A stretch of DNA of 10,976 bases from a virus: the UHGV virus genome UHGV-0119342; one strand, written 5' to 3'. Positions 7,543-10,976 of the stretch are shown in pieces. The stretch's first letter is position 1. Each line of letters begins with the position of its first letter. The position numbers were made by a program, and so were the translations under genes. Below the pieces are notes generated by a model that was not told the DNA's origin, searched no databases, and was given only the letters and a program-made list of their open reading frames with translations.

Positions 7543-8100
7543 TTAAAATTCCTCTGTAACTAAATACGGGTCAAACTCAAAGTCTGGTTGCTCGTTTTCC
7601 ATTGGCTCAATATTTCCAACGGCAATATGATGCTCAACAACACCAATTAACTTTGCGCACATTACAGCAAGCAATGCACAATATTTATCGCTTGGTAATT
7701 CGTAGCTAAGTCTGGTTGCTTGTCGCTGAAGATGATTTGTCACGGTGGCTGAGTTAATTTCATCAAGGTTCTTTAGGAGATAAAATAGCTTCTTGTTGTA
7801 TTTCGGGTGACCTTCACCTCTACAGAATCCAATGAAAATATCATCAAGCTTACTTGGTAATTGTTCGTAGCTGTCAAAGTTAGCCAGATAATTTTTGATG
7901 CTGTTCTTTGTTGTTTTGCGTACTGACATATAACGACTCCTCGGTGTAATTGCCCGAATTACTTCGTCAATGCCTTTGCGCTCTGCTCTGGTGAACTTGG
8001 GTACTTCGTGACTGGTGGGGGAGTTTGTGTAAGCGTAGGAGTTGTGCTTGTTGCGTTCTCTTGATGCCTGAAGCATCGCTCTAAATTCTCTGTCGTTCAT
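7543..8100 (-). CDS. Hypothetical protein, first gene of the leftward operon
   Basis: 185-aa ORF, GAGGG 11 nt upstream of ATG; stop codon directly abuts the next start (TAAATG). Acidic/aromatic C-terminal tail (DFEFDPYLVTEEF). No recognisable domain. Confidence 0.6.
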   Translation of the reverse strand: MNDREFRAMLQASRERNKHNSYAYTNSPTSHEVPKFTRAERKGIDEVIRAITPRSRYMSVRKTTKNSIKNYLANFDSYEQLPSKLDDIFIGFCRGEGHPKYNKKLFYLLKNLDEINSATVTNHLQRQATRLSYELPSDKYCALLAVMCAKLIGVVEHHIAVGNIEPMENEQPDFEFDPYLVTEEF

Positions 8101-8151
8101 TCATGTTCTGACCCTCATAAGATGTTATTATTCTGTTAACTTATATATACA

Positions 8152-8180
8152 ATCTTAGCAGTTTCAAAGACTAATGTCAA
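8152..8180 (-). promoter_or_regulatory. Candidate sigma70-type promoter for the leftward operon
   Basis: Minus-strand -35 TTGACA (8175-8180), 17-bp spacer, -10 TAAGAT (8152-8157); back-to-back with the plus-strand promoter. Confidence 0.3.
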
Positions 8181-8187
8181 GCATTTT

Positions 8188-8217
8188 TTAACATTTCATT
8201 AACATCTGTGGTATAAT
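8188..8217 (+). promoter_or_regulatory. Candidate strong sigma70-type promoter with extended -10
   Basis: -35 TTAACA (8188-8193), 18-bp spacer, TGg + TATAAT (8209-8217); points toward the small ORF at 8348. Confidence 0.5.
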
Positions 8218-8347
8218 GGTTTTATGAGAGAGGGAAAATATAAAGGCGTGGCTATGAGGTTTATTCGATAGGGGTTGGTACAAGCCCAACTAACCGAATC
8301 AACTATGTATTTGGTCACATGGTATTGCATTGCACACAGGAAATTTA

Positions 8348-8524
8348 ATGGTAAATCTCCCTCCTGAGCTGGGGTCACCTGATGTATGGGCTGGTGGAGG
8401 TGTTGGGCTGATTGCAGGCCTGCTACTTCGCTATGTCCTCGTCAGAGTGCTTGTTGTCTTTAAACTGTTCGGTCGTACATGGACGCTTGACCTTAAGGAT
8501 AATGACCACACAGACCCCCGTTAA
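8348..8524 (+). CDS. Small single-pass membrane protein (58 aa from the ATG; the ORF track begins at a TTG at 8330)
   Basis: AGGA 6 nt upstream of the ATG at 8348; hydrophobic segment WAGGGVGLIAGLLLRYVLVRVLVV; locally GC-richer than its surroundings. Confidence 0.45.
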   Translation: MVNLPPELGSPDVWAGGGVGLIAGLLLRYVLVRVLVVFKLFGRTWTLDLKDNDHTDPR

Positions 8525-8538
8525 ACTCCCTCCAAAAC

Positions 8539-8570
8539 CCCCTGTACGAGATAGTATAGGGGTGTCTTTA
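8539..8570 (+). terminator. Candidate terminator after the small membrane-protein ORF
   Basis: Imperfect 8-bp stem cccctgta / tatagggg (one mismatch), 8-nt loop, followed by tgtcttta. Confidence 0.3.
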
Positions 8571-9453
8571 GCATTTTGTGCTATCTATTAAAAAATAGCT
8601 TGACAGAACAGGAAAGCTGTATCTATCAAGTATTCACCTCTCTGACAGTAATTTCTAAAAGTTCTTATTTTTCAATAAGTTGTAATTAGCCAATATATAA
8701 GGCTGTCCAGTACCTTCACAGAAAAACTTCAGAAGCCTTCTTAATCAATCCACTAAGCGAGAGAGAGCGATAACCCCAGAGAGGGAAGCTCCCTTCTTAA
8801 AAACCTTCTTGACAATCTTTACAGGCCTTGTTCAAGGTAATCGCAATAGTTTTTCTTCCCTCGGTTTCCCGTGTTCCTCGGTTTGCCTATTGAGGTTTGA
8901 AAGACCTCTGTAACTTCCCTCTTAGACAGGGAAGAATAATATTGGTGACACAAGCGAAGCGCCCCTCTAAAAAGATTTTTTAGCTATTTTGTTTAAAAGC
9001 ACATCAAACGATACATTTTATTGATTTAGGTCAAAGACAAAAGCATTGACAAAATGGTAAGATTGTTCACATGACCTTACTTAACAGATTCTTAAGAGCT
9101 TTGAAGCGGCCTATTTAACAAGGTCACTACCTCTGGTCTTATCGTTCCCTCTCTTCTTGGTAGTTCTGTTAAGTATCTTTTCAGGTATCTCTTACAGTCA
9201 CTGTTAAGATGATACTCTCCCTTCGGGTTATATCGTTACTTTCTCTCCCGTTAAACACTCCTTCCTAACTATCTACATAATCACTTCTAAGAATCTTACA
9301 AGGTAATATCCAGACCTCTTATAGCTGACCTGATACAGAAACATTACAGGCATACTCTCTAGGTTCTGTGTAGTTCCCTTGGTGGGAATAGATGCTCCTA
9401 CAATAAGAGCATCATTAATCTATATAGTCCTCTTCCGAGAACTTAATAGTTTT

Positions 9454-9481
9454 TTGATGTACATCAATCATTATCTAAAAT
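9454..9481 (+). promoter_or_regulatory. Candidate promoter for the HNH endonuclease gene
   Basis: -35 TTGATG (9454-9459), 16-bp spacer, -10 TAAAAT (9476-9481). Confidence 0.3.
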
Positions 9482-9539
9482 ATGATATGAAGTTTCTTGG
9501 TAGTATTACATCAACAAGTTAATTGAAATAAGGAATATT

Positions 9540-10064
9540 ATGGTGACTAGGTATACCAAGGCATGGCCTGAAGAAGTTATAAGATACATCAATGAAAATA
9601 TTACAGCAGATTTTGAATCTGGAACATTATTTAGAAATGGTGTAAAAATCGAGGGTTCACTTGTAAATCCTAAACCAAGACAATATCTGGCTTTTGGTTG
9701 TCGGATTAATGGTAAGTTCAGAATACTTAAGGTGCATCAGGTTATTTTCTATCTATATCATGGTAAACAAGCTAAACTATGGATTGACCATATAGATGGT
9801 GACCCGCTAAATAATGCTATTAGCAATCTTCGCGAGGTTACCAAAGAGCAGAATCAGGCAAACATGATACCCAGAAAGAAAACAAAATCAGGTTACAAGG
9901 GAGTACACCCAAGAGTGGATAACAAGGGGTTCTGGGCTACAATACGCTGTAATGGAAAATCTCATTATCTGGGTCAGTTTAATACAGCAGAAGAAGCTGC
10001 AAAAGCCTATGATGCTGCATCACTGGAATTGCATGGTAAATATGGACACAGGAATTTTAGCTGA
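9540..10064 (+). CDS. Free-standing homing endonuclease, NUMOD4-like N-terminus + HNH nuclease + AP2 DNA-binding domain
   Basis: 174-aa ORF, AAGGA 5 nt upstream of ATG. HNH motif VHQVIFYLYHG...IDHIDGDPLNNAISNLREVTKEQNQAN; AP2-like C-terminus YKGVHPRVDNKGFWATIRCNGKSHYLGQFNTAEEAAKAYDAAS. Confidence 0.85.
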   Translation: MVTRYTKAWPEEVIRYINENITADFESGTLFRNGVKIEGSLVNPKPRQYLAFGCRINGKFRILKVHQVIFYLYHGKQAKLWIDHIDGDPLNNAISNLREVTKEQNQANMIPRKKTKSGYKGVHPRVDNKGFWATIRCNGKSHYLGQFNTAEEAAKAYDAASLELHGKYGHRNFS

Positions 10065-10074
10065 TAGTTAATAA

Positions 10075-10104
10075 AGACCTGACATAAACTTGTCGATAGG
10101 TCTG
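10075..10104 (+). terminator. Candidate stem-loop downstream of the HNH endonuclease gene
   Basis: agacctgaca ... tgtcgataggtct: 10 paired positions with a 3-nt bulge, AT-rich tail (gattaaagtttat); weak as an intrinsic terminator. Confidence 0.3.
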
Positions 10105-10896
10105 ATTAAAGTTTATACAGTGATTTTTCATCTTCTAATTTTTTTATAAAAATCGTAGTACCCCCTCTACATTCCCCTTCACCGATAATCTTAAAAAATA
10201 TCTACACTCAATTGATGGCTGTTAAGTACCCCAGATTCACGATATAGCACCCCCTTTGCAAAAGCAGTTAAAATATCTATAACCAATTATTGACTTTCTT
10301 CATAGCATCTGTTTACCTCCACCTCAAAAAAACCTTCATCACATTTCACAGCATCTATCAAGAAGATTTAACCTATCAATAGCTGTAACATTTTATAGTC
10401 CTGTGAAGTCCTCCCCAGTTTTCTCTGTAACAGACACAAACTTCTGTGACCTTATGTGTCAATGACTTATAAGACATGCTCTCAAGGTGCTGTATAGCCT
10501 CTTATCTTCCAATACATAAAACTCTTATAAATCAGTACTGATATGTATACAGTTCGTTTTTAACATAATAGCTGTTTTACGCACTAAGAAGCATCTACGT
10601 AGATTCTGTATAGAGATTAAGATGTCTCTAAGTGATTTTTTAAGAGGAGATACGAAGGAACTATAACCATCACTTCATAACTTTCACGTAGGTAGCTATT
10701 AAGTAGGTTGATAGTCACTTTGAGGGAATATTGATAGTGACCAACTGCATAGACACCGTTATATAGCCCTGTATATAGCACTATATGTAGTGTCTGGAGA
10801 GGAACGACTAACACGATACAGTTTACCCTGAAAAGAGACTTCACAGATTCTCTATATATTTCAATAAGTTATGATAAAAAGAGACTATATCAATAC

Positions 10897-10955
10897 TGCA
10901 TAGAATCTGTGTAGGATTGCATAGATACTTGGAAAAATGCCTTTAAATTGCATAG
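10897..10955. repeat. Helically phased TGyrTAG repeats (iteron-like or operator-array-like)
   Basis: TGCATAG at 10897, TGTGTAG at 10908, TGCATAG at 10918 and TGCATAG at 10949; spacings 11, 10 and 31 bp. The last two copies sit in a longer direct repeat ATTGCATAG(A/G)TAC. Confidence 0.45.
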
Positions 10956-10976
10956 GTACTAACCTGTTTATGTCCT

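Noticed and set aside
8255-8310. tRNA-like hairpin (gttgg-tacaagc-ccaac, 7-nt loop) in the leader of the small membrane-protein gene
   Set aside because: No acceptor stem, D-arm or T-loop consensus could be assembled around it; more likely a leader structure.
8330-8347. TTG start at 8330 for the small membrane protein, as given in the ORF track
   Set aside because: The in-frame ATG at 8348 has a properly spaced AGGA; the TTG has no RBS. The ATG start is preferred, though the TTG is not excluded.
10617-10844. Minus-strand 75-aa ORF in the right-end repeat region
   Set aside because: No RBS; the ORF is an open frame across AT-rich repeat DNA (Tyr/Leu/Val-rich) and overlaps the TGyrTAG motifs. 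More likely non-coding.
8525-10976. Group I intron carrying the HNH endonuclease
   Set aside because: HNH-AP2 enzymes are often intron-borne, but there are no flanking exon-like ORFs and no recognisable P-Q-R-S core elements by eye; treated as a free-standing gene.
1-10976. CRISPR array, rRNA, tRNA or insertion sequence
   Set aside because: No regularly spaced 25-40 bp direct repeats with unique spacers, no rRNA or tRNA signatures, and no transposase-like ORF or terminal inverted repeats of IS type were found.

Overview
AT-rich window that reads as a phage or phage-derived mobile element. All calls rest on reading the sequence and the ORF track by eye; no database search or folding was run, so functions are motif-based inferences. 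Left end: a large serine recombinase (125-1528, +). Most of the rest is a leftward (minus-strand) gene series with good Shine-Dalgarno sites and tight or overlapping junctions: 185-aa hypothetical, RHH-like 92-aa, 71-aa hypothetical, truncated HNH-like 95-aa, small unlisted ORFs, a promoter with a structured leader, 234-aa coiled-coil protein, 71-aa basic protein, a clear intrinsic terminator, a tail tape measure protein (2596-4662), and a 254-aa protein. Right side: back-to-back divergent promoters near 8150-8220, a small GC-rich membrane-protein ORF, about 1 kb of ORF-free pyrimidine-skewed DNA, a NUMOD4-HNH-AP2 homing endonuclease (9540-10064, +), then about 0.9 kb of ORF-free, repeat-rich DNA to the window edge. 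No rRNA, tRNA, CRISPR array or transposase was seen. The strongest unexplained signals are families of over-represented short motifs (CCTCTGTAAC, TGyrTAG, TCACGTAG), a 13-bp exact inverted match near both ends of the window, and a conserved promoter-like element duplicated in front of the tape measure gene and its downstream neighbour.
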